A program made the position numbers and the translations under genes. From the NCBI GenBank assembly GCA_000431315.1, contig HF989717.1, forward strand, positions 47,925 through 111,924: a stretch of DNA of 64,000 nucleotides, in the 5' to 3' direction. A model generated the notes under the pieces. The model searched no databases and was not told the DNA's origin. It worked only from the letters and a program-made list of their open reading frames with translations. This DNA is from Brachyspira sp. CAG:484 (GTDB lineage: Bacteria; Cyanobacteriota; Vampirovibrionia; Gastranaerophilales; Gastranaerophilaceae). Shown piece after piece: positions 1-9,399 of this stretch. The stretch's first letter is position 1; every line of letters starts with the position of its first letter.

Positions 1-240
1 TCGCAATATGCAATTTTTCTGTTTGCTTCAACCCAATAACTGGCTTCCCTTGCTGAATAAAAAATCTGACCTGTTTCAATGCATCTGATTTTTCTTGGTT
101 TAGCCTGATATGAACGAAAAGGTGCTAAATATTTTTTTAAGGTATCAAATAAATGTCTGTTTATTTTATATGAACACTGGTTTGAATCATCCTCTCTTAA
201 AATAATTGAAAATTTTCCCTTTTTTCTTACATTTTTAGTC
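1..240 (-). CDS. hypothetical protein, 5' part only (continues beyond window start)
   Basis: Open frame on minus strand from ATG at ~240 running off the window (MTKNVRKKGKFSIILREDD...); no recognisable motif. Confidence 0.25.
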
Positions 241-516
241 ATCTTGTCTTGCAGCATAAAACCTTCCTTTCCTGCTTGTGTCATACATTTTAACCATTTT
301 GTAAGGCAAATTTTTTATGCCGAAAAAACTAGCCATTCAGGGAATTGTATTTCAAATTTTAAACTGTTACATTACATTTTAGAAAATAACTTTAAAACTC
401 TAAAACTCAATTAGGAAGGCAATTCTTGAGATTTTTAGGTTTTATGTTATACAAAATGGTTAAATTGTAAGGCAAATAAAATGTAATGCAATGAACCTAA
501 TAGAGAGGGTTTTGCA

Positions 517-1059
517 CTATAAAATAAAGTTGGAGTAACTGTAGTCAATCTGGTCTTGTTCGATACCTATGTATCTTAAAGTTATCTGCGGACTTGAGTG
601 ATTGAATATTTTTTGCAGGATAACCACGTCTTTAAATTGTTGGTAGTGGTGGTAGCCAAAAGTCTTTCGCATTGAATGCGTACCGATTCTTTCTTGAAGT
701 CCGGCTTTTTTGCACGCATCACGAATCAAGTAATATGCAGTTACTCTGTCAAGCCGATGCCGCCAGTGAGACAAAAACAATGGTTCAGCGTTTCGCCTGC
801 CTTTTACAAAATCCTCAATCATAGGTTTTAAACGGTCATTAATCGGAAATTTTTTAAACTTCCCTGTTTTCTTTTCAACAATTTGAATATGAGTTTTATT
901 TCTTACATCGCCGACATTTAATGACAGCAAATCAGAAATTCTCAAGCCACAGTTTGTACCGAGTACAAAAAGCATTAAATCTCTCGGACTCTGTTTGGCT
1001 AAGACTTTTTCAACTTTTTTGATATCAGATTTGTTTCTGATGGGTTCTACTGTAGTCAT
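517..1059 (-). CDS. short tyrosine recombinase (phage integrase family, catalytic domain only, 180 aa)
   Basis: C-terminal catalytic residues HSMRKTFG...LRYIG (R..H..R..Y pattern); size resembles FimB/Xer-like minimal recombinases. Confidence 0.6.
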   Translation of the reverse strand: MTTVEPIRNKSDIKKVEKVLAKQSPRDLMLFVLGTNCGLRISDLLSLNVGDVRNKTHIQIVEKKTGKFKKFPINDRLKPMIEDFVKGRRNAEPLFLSHWRHRLDRVTAYYLIRDACKKAGLQERIGTHSMRKTFGYHHYQQFKDVVILQKIFNHSSPQITLRYIGIEQDQIDYSYSNFIL

Positions 1060-1098
1060 TCTCTCTCCTTTCTTTTGACCTACAAACTATTCAGGGGA

Positions 1099-1545
1099 TT
1101 AGCTCCCTAAAAAATTTTCGGTCACACTAAGGATTTCTTCAAAATCTTCAGGGGTGAGTTGCAGGTATGGACGTGCAGGAATTTCAACAGATTTATTCCG
1201 CCCTGCCTGTCCTCCGATTTGGTGTATTGCAGCGTATTCAAGGTTTGAACCTATAACCGCCGAATCATTATCATAATAAGTATTAACAGAAGATGCGAGC
1301 TGACCTGATACCTGCAAAATCATGCCGGGCCACTGGTTATTTTTAGTTCGCTGTTTAATTGTTGAATCTTTTAGGTTTTCCCATTTCGGACGACCTTCTT
1401 CTTTAAAATTTTCTTCTGTTGAATATGCGAAAATCCCTGCGATGTTTTTCATTAACGGCCACAGGTTTTCGTTTCTTTGAGCTAAATCAAGGAGTCTTGA
1501 TTCAACTTCTTTGTTATCAATTTTTATTTCAATAGGGTCAGACAT
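1099..1545 (-). CDS. phage virion morphogenesis protein (Mu gpG-like)
   Basis: AAIHQIGGQAGRNKSVEIPARPYL motif typical of Mu G / virion morphogenesis family; position downstream of F-like gene. Confidence 0.55.
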   Translation of the reverse strand: MSDPIEIKIDNKEVESRLLDLAQRNENLWPLMKNIAGIFAYSTEENFKEEGRPKWENLKDSTIKQRTKNNQWPGMILQVSGQLASSVNTYYDNDSAVIGSNLEYAAIHQIGGQAGRNKSVEIPARPYLQLTPEDFEEILSVTENFLGS

Positions 1546-2350
1546 TCTTAAATAATTCTTTTATAGGATAATTCGCAATCAGAAGTTCTTTATATACCTT
1601 GTTCGCCCTGCTAGTACCCTCACGATTGTTAATTCCGTTCTGTCTTTCAACTTCAATCATCTCAAAGCCTTTATATAATTCCCTAACTTTTGGAGAATCG
1701 TCATACGAGAGCAGAAAACGTCCTTTGATGTTACCTAAAACATCTCTTAAACGTTCGTGGTCAAAGTCTGCTGTAGAAGTTACTTCATAACCGCAGCCTG
1801 AAGTGTACGGCGGATCGCAATAGAAAAATGCACCTTCAAAATCGTATTGTTTAATCAATTTTTCAAAGTCACGATTCTCAATCATAACTTTATCAAGGCG
1901 TTTGTGGATTGCATCAATTTTTTCTAAAACATTGCGTTGAGATTTCGATGCACCGCCTGAAGATTTTTTTACAGTTCCGAAAGTATCACCACGACCTCCA
2001 AATGAACGGGTGATTAAAAACAGAAATTGTGCGGCTTTTTGGATATCGGTAATAAAAGTTCCGTTCAAAAATTGGAAGAACATCTCACGAGAGCCTAAAA
2101 GATACTGCAATTCTTCTTTTAAGGCATTAGGGTGGTATTTTACAATCCTGAAAAGATTAACCAATCTTCCGTCAAGGTCGTTGTATATCTCTAAATCAGC
2201 CCAACGGTCTTTATAAAACAAAACCCAACCGGCACCGCCGAATGGTTCAATGTATGATTGAATATCCGTAGGAATTAACGGTGCAATACGTTTGCGGAGT
2301 AATCTTTTTCCGCCAACCCAGTTTAATAAACTTTTTTTATCAACTGTCAT
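1538..2350 (-). CDS. dam: DNA adenine methyltransferase (Dam-like, N6-A)
   Basis: N-terminal LNWVGGKRLL, SAM-binding FGGAGWV, catalytic DPPY motif (FFYCDPPYTS). Confidence 0.75.
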   Translation of the reverse strand: MTVDKKSLLNWVGGKRLLRKRIAPLIPTDIQSYIEPFGGAGWVLFYKDRWADLEIYNDLDGRLVNLFRIVKYHPNALKEELQYLLGSREMFFQFLNGTFITDIQKAAQFLFLITRSFGGRGDTFGTVKKSSGGASKSQRNVLEKIDAIHKRLDKVMIENRDFEKLIKQYDFEGAFFYCDPPYTSGCGYEVTSTADFDHERLRDVLGNIKGRFLLSYDDSPKVRELYKGFEMIEVERQNGINNREGTSRANKVYKELLIANYPIKELFKNV

Positions 2351-2383
2351 TCAAAACTCCTTTAATTATTGTTTAATTGGTGT

Positions 2384-3145
2384 TCAAATATCATTCAAAC
2401 CTGAAGCCGGATTATGAGACCATCCGACATCAGGTGCAATCTTTTTACCTGTAAGAGGGTCTGTATAAACAGTAACGGACTTATACTCACCAGATTTTTT
2501 AGAAACTAATCTCATCTCTTGAGACAAAGTACCTGTGGAATTACCCGGCTTTGTATCTTTCTTTTTGAGGTTATAATTCGAAAGAGCATTAACCCTGCAA
2601 CGGCATCTCCAACCGTTCGGAGGGTAAAAACTTGTCCAAAAAGGATCATCATATCTGTAAATTAATCCATGCAGTTGTGCGTGTTCGGGTCTTGTTCTGT
2701 TATCAAGGACAGCAACGTATTCCCAATACGGTCTATTGTCCACATTATCCATCTGAGTTTTATACCGTCCTGTCATATATGAAGTCTGCATATTAACGGC
2801 ATAGATGGTTTTTAATCTATACATTGAGCCAAGCTGAACTTTTTCTGCGTTGCCTTGAGTATCAACAACAATTTGCTCGCCCCACCAGCCTTTCTTTTGC
2901 AGGATTGGTTTGAGTTCTTTTTGAAATTCTCTGAATGTTTTTCCCTCAGACAGTGCTTTATCCAAAGCAGAGCGAATATCTTTTAGAATATCCTCACGCA
3001 TAACTTTGGCAACAGTGAAAGTCTTTTTATGAGCATCTTCCCATAATTCGTACCAATCCCAAGTGAAAGTTTGACCTTTCCGCCTGAAATATTTTATTGC
3101 TGCAGTAGGAGCAAGTTTAAATAAACCTTTAAGTTCGACAGCCAT
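2384..3145 (-). CDS. phage head morphogenesis protein (Mu F / gp30-like)
   Basis: Conserved RPEHAQLHG...PPNGWRCRCRV motif of Phage_Mu_F family. Confidence 0.65.
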   Translation of the reverse strand: MAVELKGLFKLAPTAAIKYFRRKGQTFTWDWYELWEDAHKKTFTVAKVMREDILKDIRSALDKALSEGKTFREFQKELKPILQKKGWWGEQIVVDTQGNAEKVQLGSMYRLKTIYAVNMQTSYMTGRYKTQMDNVDNRPYWEYVAVLDNRTRPEHAQLHGLIYRYDDPFWTSFYPPNGWRCRCRVNALSNYNLKKKDTKPGNSTGTLSQEMRLVSKKSGEYKSVTVYTDPLTGKKIAPDVGWSHNPASGLNDI

Positions 3146-4095
3146 TAATACTTCACTCCTATAAAATCAAGAACTCTGCCGCATCCAAGTTGGTTTATGC
3201 AATAGTTATATTGTTTTGGATGTGATTCTTTCATTAATTCAAAGCGGTTCGGAGACTTTTCACTTTGAACTCCAAACATACAGAACATACAACCTGTGCG
3301 TTTGGCTTTGGTTGTATAATATTTGCCGGATTTATCCTGTTTAATTTCTCCGTACACAGAACAATATGGGACATCAAACTCAACCAAATATTTTAAAATA
3401 TCCTGTTCTGTCCAAAATCCTAGTGGGGTAGATGTGGGACGTTTAGCATCAAAAGAATTACAGCCTTTTCTAAGGTATTCGCTTTTTCTCAGATTACTCT
3501 CTGCTGCCATTGTTGCAATAATTGGATGCAAGCCAGTTTCTTTCTCGAACTTTTTTGCAGGCTTTTTCTTCATTACATCACAACACTGAGCAGAAATTTT
3601 AATGTCACTGTCACGTAAAAAATTCCATTTTGCTAGACAATAACGAGAACCGTATTTTTTGACATAATCACTGTTTGGATCAAATTTCTTAGCAGTATAG
3701 CCGTTTGGATTTTTGCGGTTTTCTTCAATAAATGTCGCAACTTCTTTACTTATTACAGGATATCCGTATTCCTCAATGACCTTGTGGAATGGGAGATCAG
3801 GTCTTAGGATTATTGTATTATCAATGGATTTTACAAAATTACGGACTTCAGGATATTCCAATCCTGTGTCTATAAAAACCGCAGGAATATCAGAATAAAG
3901 ACTTCTAACTAGATGTAAAAGAACGGTTGAATCTTTTCCACCGGAGAATGAGACATATACTTTACCATCAAAGTGTTCATAGAATTGTTTAATTCTATTC
4001 TTTGATAGTTCAATTTTTAAATGTAATGGTAAGCTCTGCCGCTGTTTAAGGAAGTTCCTTTTCAAAGCAGCTTCTTCAGGGATAATTTTATACAT
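3145..4095 (-). CDS. phosphoadenosine-phosphosulfate reductase-like PP-loop protein with C-terminal Cys cluster
   Basis: PP-loop VSFSGGKDSTVLLHL; C-terminal CMFCMFG...CINQLGCGR; start placed at internal Met (MYKIIPEE) with AGGAAG RBS, avoiding overlap with upstream methylase. Confidence 0.55.
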   Translation of the reverse strand: MYKIIPEEAALKRNFLKQRQSLPLHLKIELSKNRIKQFYEHFDGKVYVSFSGGKDSTVLLHLVRSLYSDIPAVFIDTGLEYPEVRNFVKSIDNTIILRPDLPFHKVIEEYGYPVISKEVATFIEENRKNPNGYTAKKFDPNSDYVKKYGSRYCLAKWNFLRDSDIKISAQCCDVMKKKPAKKFEKETGLHPIIATMAAESNLRKSEYLRKGCNSFDAKRPTSTPLGFWTEQDILKYLVEFDVPYCSVYGEIKQDKSGKYYTTKAKRTGCMFCMFGVQSEKSPNRFELMKESHPKQYNYCINQLGCGRVLDFIGVKY

Positions 4096-4102
4096 AATCT
4101 TC

Positions 4103-5062
4103 CTATTTGTTTTGTAAAATTCTCGTTTCGGCGAGTTTTGTATATTCCGGATTGAGTTCAATACCAATCCATTTACGGTTTAATCTGTTTGCAACAACAG
4201 CAGTCGTTCCGCTGCCTATAAACGGATCTAATACAATTCCATCTTCAGGGCAGCCGGCTTTGATTGGTATTTCTAAAAGTGCCGGAGGAAAAACCGCAAA
4301 GTGTGCTCCATGATATGCGTGAGTGGCAATACTCCAAACTGTTCGTGTATTTCTGCCTGATATTTCACCACTGAGCATTCGTTTTTGCAGACGTTCAAAA
4401 TTTGTTTTATTTAAACCCTGATAATTAGCACCTTTATTAATTCCGCATCCGCTTTTGCAGCGGTCATAAGTTGACTGTTTGATAGGCTCTAATTGTCTTT
4501 CAAAGTAATATTTTTTATTTTTGGAAAAGAAAAACAGGTATTCAAAATCTACTGTAAATCTGTCCTTTGCACTTGATGGAGTTGCATTAGGCTTTTGCCA
4601 GATGATTACATTGCGTACAGTCCAACCTCTGTTTGACATTTCAATAGCAAAACGGAACGGGATAAGAAGTAAACTTTTTGAATATTTCCCACGAGTATGG
4701 GCAACTTTTTGCAAATGTTCAACACTCTTTAAAAAAGAGGTCTCTCCTTTTGCTTTAACACCATAAGAGGAATTTAAAGAACAACCGCCATAAGTATCAC
4801 CAATATTTACCCAACAGGTGCCGTCATCTTTTAAAACACGTTTTACTTCATCAAAAATGTCACAGAGATGATTAATGTAGGCATTAAAATCAGGTTCTGT
4901 GCCGAGTTCTCCAAGCCAACCATCCTGCCATTTAACAGGATCAGTTTTATAATCACGCAGTCCCCAGTATGGCGGAGAAGTAATACACATATTTATGGAG
5001 GCATCGGGAAATGTTTTTAAGATTTCTAATGCGTTACCTATATGGATTTTATTCAAGTCCAT
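4103..5062 (-). CDS. DNA methyltransferase, N-4/N-6 family (beta class)
   Basis: Motif IV SPPY (CITSPPYWGLRDY) preceding C-terminal FIGSGTT SAM motif; start placed at MDLNKIHIGNALEIL with GGAGG RBS. Confidence 0.65.
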   Translation of the reverse strand: MDLNKIHIGNALEILKTFPDASINMCITSPPYWGLRDYKTDPVKWQDGWLGELGTEPDFNAYINHLCDIFDEVKRVLKDDGTCWVNIGDTYGGCSLNSSYGVKAKGETSFLKSVEHLQKVAHTRGKYSKSLLLIPFRFAIEMSNRGWTVRNVIIWQKPNATPSSAKDRFTVDFEYLFFFSKNKKYYFERQLEPIKQSTYDRCKSGCGINKGANYQGLNKTNFERLQKRMLSGEISGRNTRTVWSIATHAYHGAHFAVFPPALLEIPIKAGCPEDGIVLDPFIGSGTTAVVANRLNRKWIGIELNPEYTKLAETRILQNK

Positions 5063-6512
5063 CTGACCTCCCTTGCAGTTCACACAGGAAAAGTGCTTTT
5101 TGAAGAGATTGCTCAAACTTCTTTGAATGCAGGTTTTTATCCGTTAAAAGTTCGTAAGCCTCATCAAAGTCATCACAATCATCAAGCAATGAAATCAAAG
5201 GCGAAATTATCTGTTGAGACTGTTCATTTAATTTCTTTGTTGAAATAAACTCAAGCAGATTTTCTATCTGGTCTTGTCCGGGAACGGATGGCTCGTTTTC
5301 CTTGAATTCCTTAAACTGAGAATTTGTTGCAGGGATAACATCTTCCCTGATATCAAAATCCTCATCTTCAAGACCGTAGGCTTTAATAAAATATTCTTTA
5401 GTGAATTTAACACCGGTATCGGAGAGAATTTTGTCTCTCTGTGCAAGAGTCAAATCAACATCTTCCGGTGCATATAACTGAAATATCGGGACTTCTTCAT
5501 TAGAGAAATTAATTTCATAAATCCAACGAATAAGCTGGTTTATAACACTTTCAACGAGTTTTTTATCAGAATCAATAATATCCTGACGAACAGCCATGTG
5601 TGTATTTGCAGCAGCATAACTCCCTGTTGAACCGATTTCAGTCGTTAAAGTCTGTCCTAAGATTGCTTTTGAAATTTCAGAATTCATCTTGTCGATGAGT
5701 TTTTCATAAATCTCAGCAGATGAAGATTTATTTGCCTCTTGAATTTCAACAGACGAATCATCAGGAATAACAGCGATTGCATCTTGAACCATATCCTCTA
5801 ACATATCGGCGAGAGTCGTTGTTTCTTCTCTTGATGCTCCACGTGGGTGTTTGCCTATCAAATGCGGCATTCCGTATTTTTCCGTAAATACTACCCAAAA
5901 CTTGAGTCCGCCTTTTTTAAATGTTACAGACCAAAAGACACGAGATAATGTTCTCTCGCCGTAAGGATTGTTATAAGATGGATTATTCTGAGCAAGCAGG
6001 AACTTTTTATCAGGGACAATTTCGCCGTAGTAATTTTCTTTAGTTCTGAATTTTAAATTATTATCATCATCAAAACAAAACCATTCCGGCGGTTTTGCAA
6101 TAATTTTTTCAGGCAGAACGTGTCCTGATTTGGTTCTCTTCCAGATAATCTCTAAAGGCTGATAACCAAACTGCGTTGCATCAAGAATATCATTTATTAA
6201 TTTATGAATATCCAGTTTTTTAAGTAATTCTTCAATCGCCTCAGCATTTTTGTCTTTATCCAAACCACGATTGATTTCCCAATCAAGAGATAAAACACCT
6301 GCTTTTCTTGATTGAGTACAGGCAAAAACGTGAGGGTCACAAAGAAGTTCTTTGTAAATCCTAATATCTTTCCCCTGTTTTCTGAGAACAATATCAGGGT
6401 CGGGAAGAATGTTTGCCAGAGAATAAAAGTTTAATGCTCGTTTTCGGGTCGCAATTTCTTCTGACAAACTTTTTTTAGAGTTTGCTTTTTTGAGAATAGA
6501 ATCGTCTGTCAT
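5049..6512 (-). CDS. putative portal protein (Mu gp29 / DUF935-like)
   Basis: ~490 aa protein immediately upstream (in transcription order) of the F-like and G-like genes, as in Mu gp29-gp30-G; call rests on synteny and size, not a verified motif. Confidence 0.45.
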   Translation of the reverse strand: MTDDSILKKANSKKSLSEEIATRKRALNFYSLANILPDPDIVLRKQGKDIRIYKELLCDPHVFACTQSRKAGVLSLDWEINRGLDKDKNAEAIEELLKKLDIHKLINDILDATQFGYQPLEIIWKRTKSGHVLPEKIIAKPPEWFCFDDDNNLKFRTKENYYGEIVPDKKFLLAQNNPSYNNPYGERTLSRVFWSVTFKKGGLKFWVVFTEKYGMPHLIGKHPRGASREETTTLADMLEDMVQDAIAVIPDDSSVEIQEANKSSSAEIYEKLIDKMNSEISKAILGQTLTTEIGSTGSYAAANTHMAVRQDIIDSDKKLVESVINQLIRWIYEINFSNEEVPIFQLYAPEDVDLTLAQRDKILSDTGVKFTKEYFIKAYGLEDEDFDIREDVIPATNSQFKEFKENEPSVPGQDQIENLLEFISTKKLNEQSQQIISPLISLLDDCDDFDEAYELLTDKNLHSKKFEQSLQKALFLCELQGRSDGLE

Positions 6513-7033
6513 TAAGCCCCCGTATTCTTTTTGAATGTGGCGAGCATATCGACCATTCCGACCTTGTAGATGTTTTCAAGAACATCTATTTCAAAAATCT
6601 CGACTCCGTCAACGATTAATTTGGCATAGGTTACAGCCATAGTTGTTTCATATTCTGCATTTTCTTGCGGCTTAATGTTACCGAGCGGAAATTCTTTAAA
6701 AGTTCCGATTAAAAAAGCAGTAGCAGGAACTTCCTTAATTCTTCCCGTTCCGTTGTAGGTTTCAAGGTTTGCTCTAACCTGTATCATTGTTGCTAAAAAC
6801 GGATTAGAACATACTGCCATAACAGCAGGATAAAGTGCATTCCATTTTATTTTGCACTCCATTTTATCAATACCTGCGAAAAACTCAGCTGAACCAACCA
6901 TACCAAGAGCTTTATGCTCAGCCATCTTATGTTTTATCTGTGGCAGTTGAACTTCTTCTGCTCTTCCTAATAAGTTAACACCATTCATATAAACATTGGC
7001 GTTAGTTAATTTATTAATTTCTATTTTTGACAT
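6512..7033 (-). CDS. phage tail tube protein (P2 FII / Mu M-like)
   Basis: 173 aa, follows sheath gene; N-terminus NANVYMNGVNLLGRAEEVQLP resembles FII tube family. Confidence 0.5.
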   Translation of the reverse strand: MSKIEINKLTNANVYMNGVNLLGRAEEVQLPQIKHKMAEHKALGMVGSAEFFAGIDKMECKIKWNALYPAVMAVCSNPFLATMIQVRANLETYNGTGRIKEVPATAFLIGTFKEFPLGNIKPQENAEYETTMAVTYAKLIVDGVEIFEIDVLENIYKVGMVDMLATFKKNTGA

Positions 7034-7221
7034 ATAAACTCCCTAAGATTTTTTAAATAGACCGCAGTCCCTAATCTCCACGTCTGAATAGTGCATAATA
7101 ACGTATTCCTTGCTGATTGCTTGTATCAGCGGACATTTAAAGAGGTTTTTGCAGTTAAAACAAATATCTGCCTCATCCGTATGAACCTCTAAGGCTCCTC
7201 GTTTATTAACAATTGCGTACA

Positions 7222-8454
7222 TTAAGATGCTCCAAGTGATTTCAATAGTTCAATGTCAATGAATGACTCAAACGTAATTCTCTCAGCAGGAGTTGGAGGC
7301 ATAAACTCAATATCGAAAGTTAAATGTCCGTTTGCAATTTCTGTTGCAGGATTTTTATCTGCATTAAAAGAACATTTTCCATCAATCAATGCACCTCTTC
7401 CGATAAGTGTTCGAATAAATTGATTAACAGTTTCACAGATAGAATCAATTAAACCGTTATCAATTGGATAATCCATAAACTGAAGCATTGAATATTCAAC
7501 TGATTCATGAAGAATATCAGCAGTTCTTCTCACGCAAATAAAGTTTGTAGGATTTGTAGATGTTGGATAAGCAGCTGAACGGTTTCCCCAAGTTCTAAAA
7601 CCTGAACCGTAAGAATTAAATACCGTTACAACACCACATTCATTTAATGCGTTTACTTCGGAAGTTGGGTCATTAATCATAGATGTTAGTTGTCTTTCGA
7701 CTCCAACAATTCCTTGTATTTCTGTATTAGAAGGTGACCAGTGATAACCTTTCTCAACATCTTTCGCAGCAATAACTCCTGCTAATCTTTGAGAATAAGG
7801 TTGCAGTTTTATTGAATCGGATTCTGAATCATACACTTTTAAATGCGGATAACACAAAATCAAACGTTCTGAAGATGTATTAAAATTAATCGTGCCTTCT
7901 GGACCACGACCACTAATTACATCTTGAACAGTTGCTCCAACAGGTGCATCAACAATACCCATTGCTCGAATTTTATTGCAGAGAGTATTCATTTCAGTCA
8001 TAACTGCTGCATCTTCACAATAAACAGGAGCAATGATTGTTTTAGGATAATAGCCAAACAAAGAATAACAATCTTCAAAGGCTTTCATTCCGGTTCGTTT
8101 ACCGGTCTCTGCATCAATACCACCGTTTATATCACTAACGGCAACATCTTCAACAGATTCGTGTTTATCCGGGTCATAAACGTTTATAACAATCGCAATT
8201 CCAGCTCCTTGGTCAAATATTGCTTTTAAGGCTTGAGGGATTGTGTATCCAGCCTTATGGTTACCAAAATATTTAACAGCTTCGACTTCATTTAATATTA
8301 AAGTCGGTGCATTTATTGTTTTATATTCTTCTTGTACATCTTCAATCGGTGCAGTTCCGACAATTCCAACGACAGCGGTTTTTACTGTTGAAATTGTTCT
8401 TGCACCTGTTGTTACTTCAATGGTTTCAACACCATGTAAAAAACTTGCAGGCAT
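7222..8454 (-). CDS. phage tail sheath protein
   Basis: N-terminus FLHGVETIEVTTGARTISTVKTAVVGIVGTAP matches the conserved sheath N-terminal motif (P2 FI / Mu L). Confidence 0.6.
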   Translation of the reverse strand: MPASFLHGVETIEVTTGARTISTVKTAVVGIVGTAPIEDVQEEYKTINAPTLILNEVEAVKYFGNHKAGYTIPQALKAIFDQGAGIAIVINVYDPDKHESVEDVAVSDINGGIDAETGKRTGMKAFEDCYSLFGYYPKTIIAPVYCEDAAVMTEMNTLCNKIRAMGIVDAPVGATVQDVISGRGPEGTINFNTSSERLILCYPHLKVYDSESDSIKLQPYSQRLAGVIAAKDVEKGYHWSPSNTEIQGIVGVERQLTSMINDPTSEVNALNECGVVTVFNSYGSGFRTWGNRSAAYPTSTNPTNFICVRRTADILHESVEYSMLQFMDYPIDNGLIDSICETVNQFIRTLIGRGALIDGKCSFNADKNPATEIANGHLTFDIEFMPPTPAERITFESFIDIELLKSLGAS

Positions 8455-8473
8455 ATAAACTCCTTGGGGTAAA

Positions 8474-8920
8474 TTAAATTTCTAAATCTTGTATGTTTGT
8501 TGTGGTTAGTGTGAAATTAACTCCGTATTGCCATATACCGGCTTTTTCAGAGATGAAAAAATCTTTAGAGGGACTTAATTTTGAACAGCCGTCAGGTGCA
8601 AAACCTGTAAGAACGGCTTTAATTTTGTCAATATATTCGTATGCTCCCTCGTTTTTTCTGAGGTTTCGGGTTACAACAGTAATTGAAAATTCTTTTTTAT
8701 TTTCCTGAGATATAAACCCGAGTGCATCTGTTGAAGTGTAGTTACTTCCCTGATAATGCACAAGCAAAGCACCAATCGGATGAAGTAAAATAAATTCCGC
8801 AGGCTTATCGGGAAAACCTTGAACAAGAACTTCAGGGAACGTTGTTTTTAATTTTTCGATTATTGAATTTTCAATCTCTCTAATATTCAAGCATTCGATC
8901 CTTACTAAAAAGCCTGTCAA
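8474..8920 (-). CDS. hypothetical phage structural protein (head-tail joining or tail completion candidate)
   Basis: Position between gp36-like gene and sheath; no motif. Confidence 0.3.
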   Translation of the reverse strand: MTGFLVRIECLNIREIENSIIEKLKTTFPEVLVQGFPDKPAEFILLHPIGALLVHYQGSNYTSTDALGFISQENKKEFSITVVTRNLRKNEGAYEYIDKIKAVLTGFAPDGCSKLSPSKDFFISEKAGIWQYGVNFTLTTTNIQDLEI

Positions 8921-9398
8921 TTATTGACTTATTTGTTTTGTATTCTTCAACATTAAATCCTGCTGTTTCAAGGGAATCGTTTTCGCTTTGCAGGGATATA
9001 ACACCTTTTTGGATATCTTTGAGAGTTGAGATTGCGTTTTTGTAATTGTTTTCAATAACTTCCGGCATTTCATCTCTCATGCGTCTTGAATACAGACGGT
9101 GGATGCTTAAATCAATGGCAAGAATTCTGAGTAAAGGAAAGCGGCTCGCCGGCAGAGGCTGTAGGGGGCTGACGGAGTCAGAACCCGAAACGCCGTTTAA
9201 CGCCGGCGAACAAGAAGGGGCATCTAAGGGTAGAGTGTATCTGCCACGAAGATACCCATCGATGAGCGTAGAAGAATAAAGGATAGCCTCTTGGGCAACG
9301 ACACGATCGACAACTTCTTGCCCATCATCAGAAGTGAGCTGGATAAGAGTAGGGGTAGAGGTTTGTGTTTCGATATCTTCGATCGTGCAATAATCCAT
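8880..9398 (-). CDS. phage head-tail connector protein (Mu gp36 / DUF1320-like) carrying an in-frame GC-rich insertion
   Basis: DGYLRGRYTLPL...LRILAIDLSIHRLY resembles DUF1320; ~31 aa Ser/Pro-rich segment (DAPSCSPALNGVSGSDSVSPLQPLPASRFPL) is encoded by a GC-rich element. Confidence 0.5.
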   Translation of the reverse strand: MDYCTIEDIETQTSTPTLIQLTSDDGQEVVDRVVAQEAILYSSTLIDGYLRGRYTLPLDAPSCSPALNGVSGSDSVSPLQPLPASRFPLLRILAIDLSIHRLYSRRMRDEMPEVIENNYKNAISTLKDIQKGVISLQSENDSLETAGFNVEEYKTNKSIIDRLFSKDRMLEY

Positions 9399-9399
9399 A

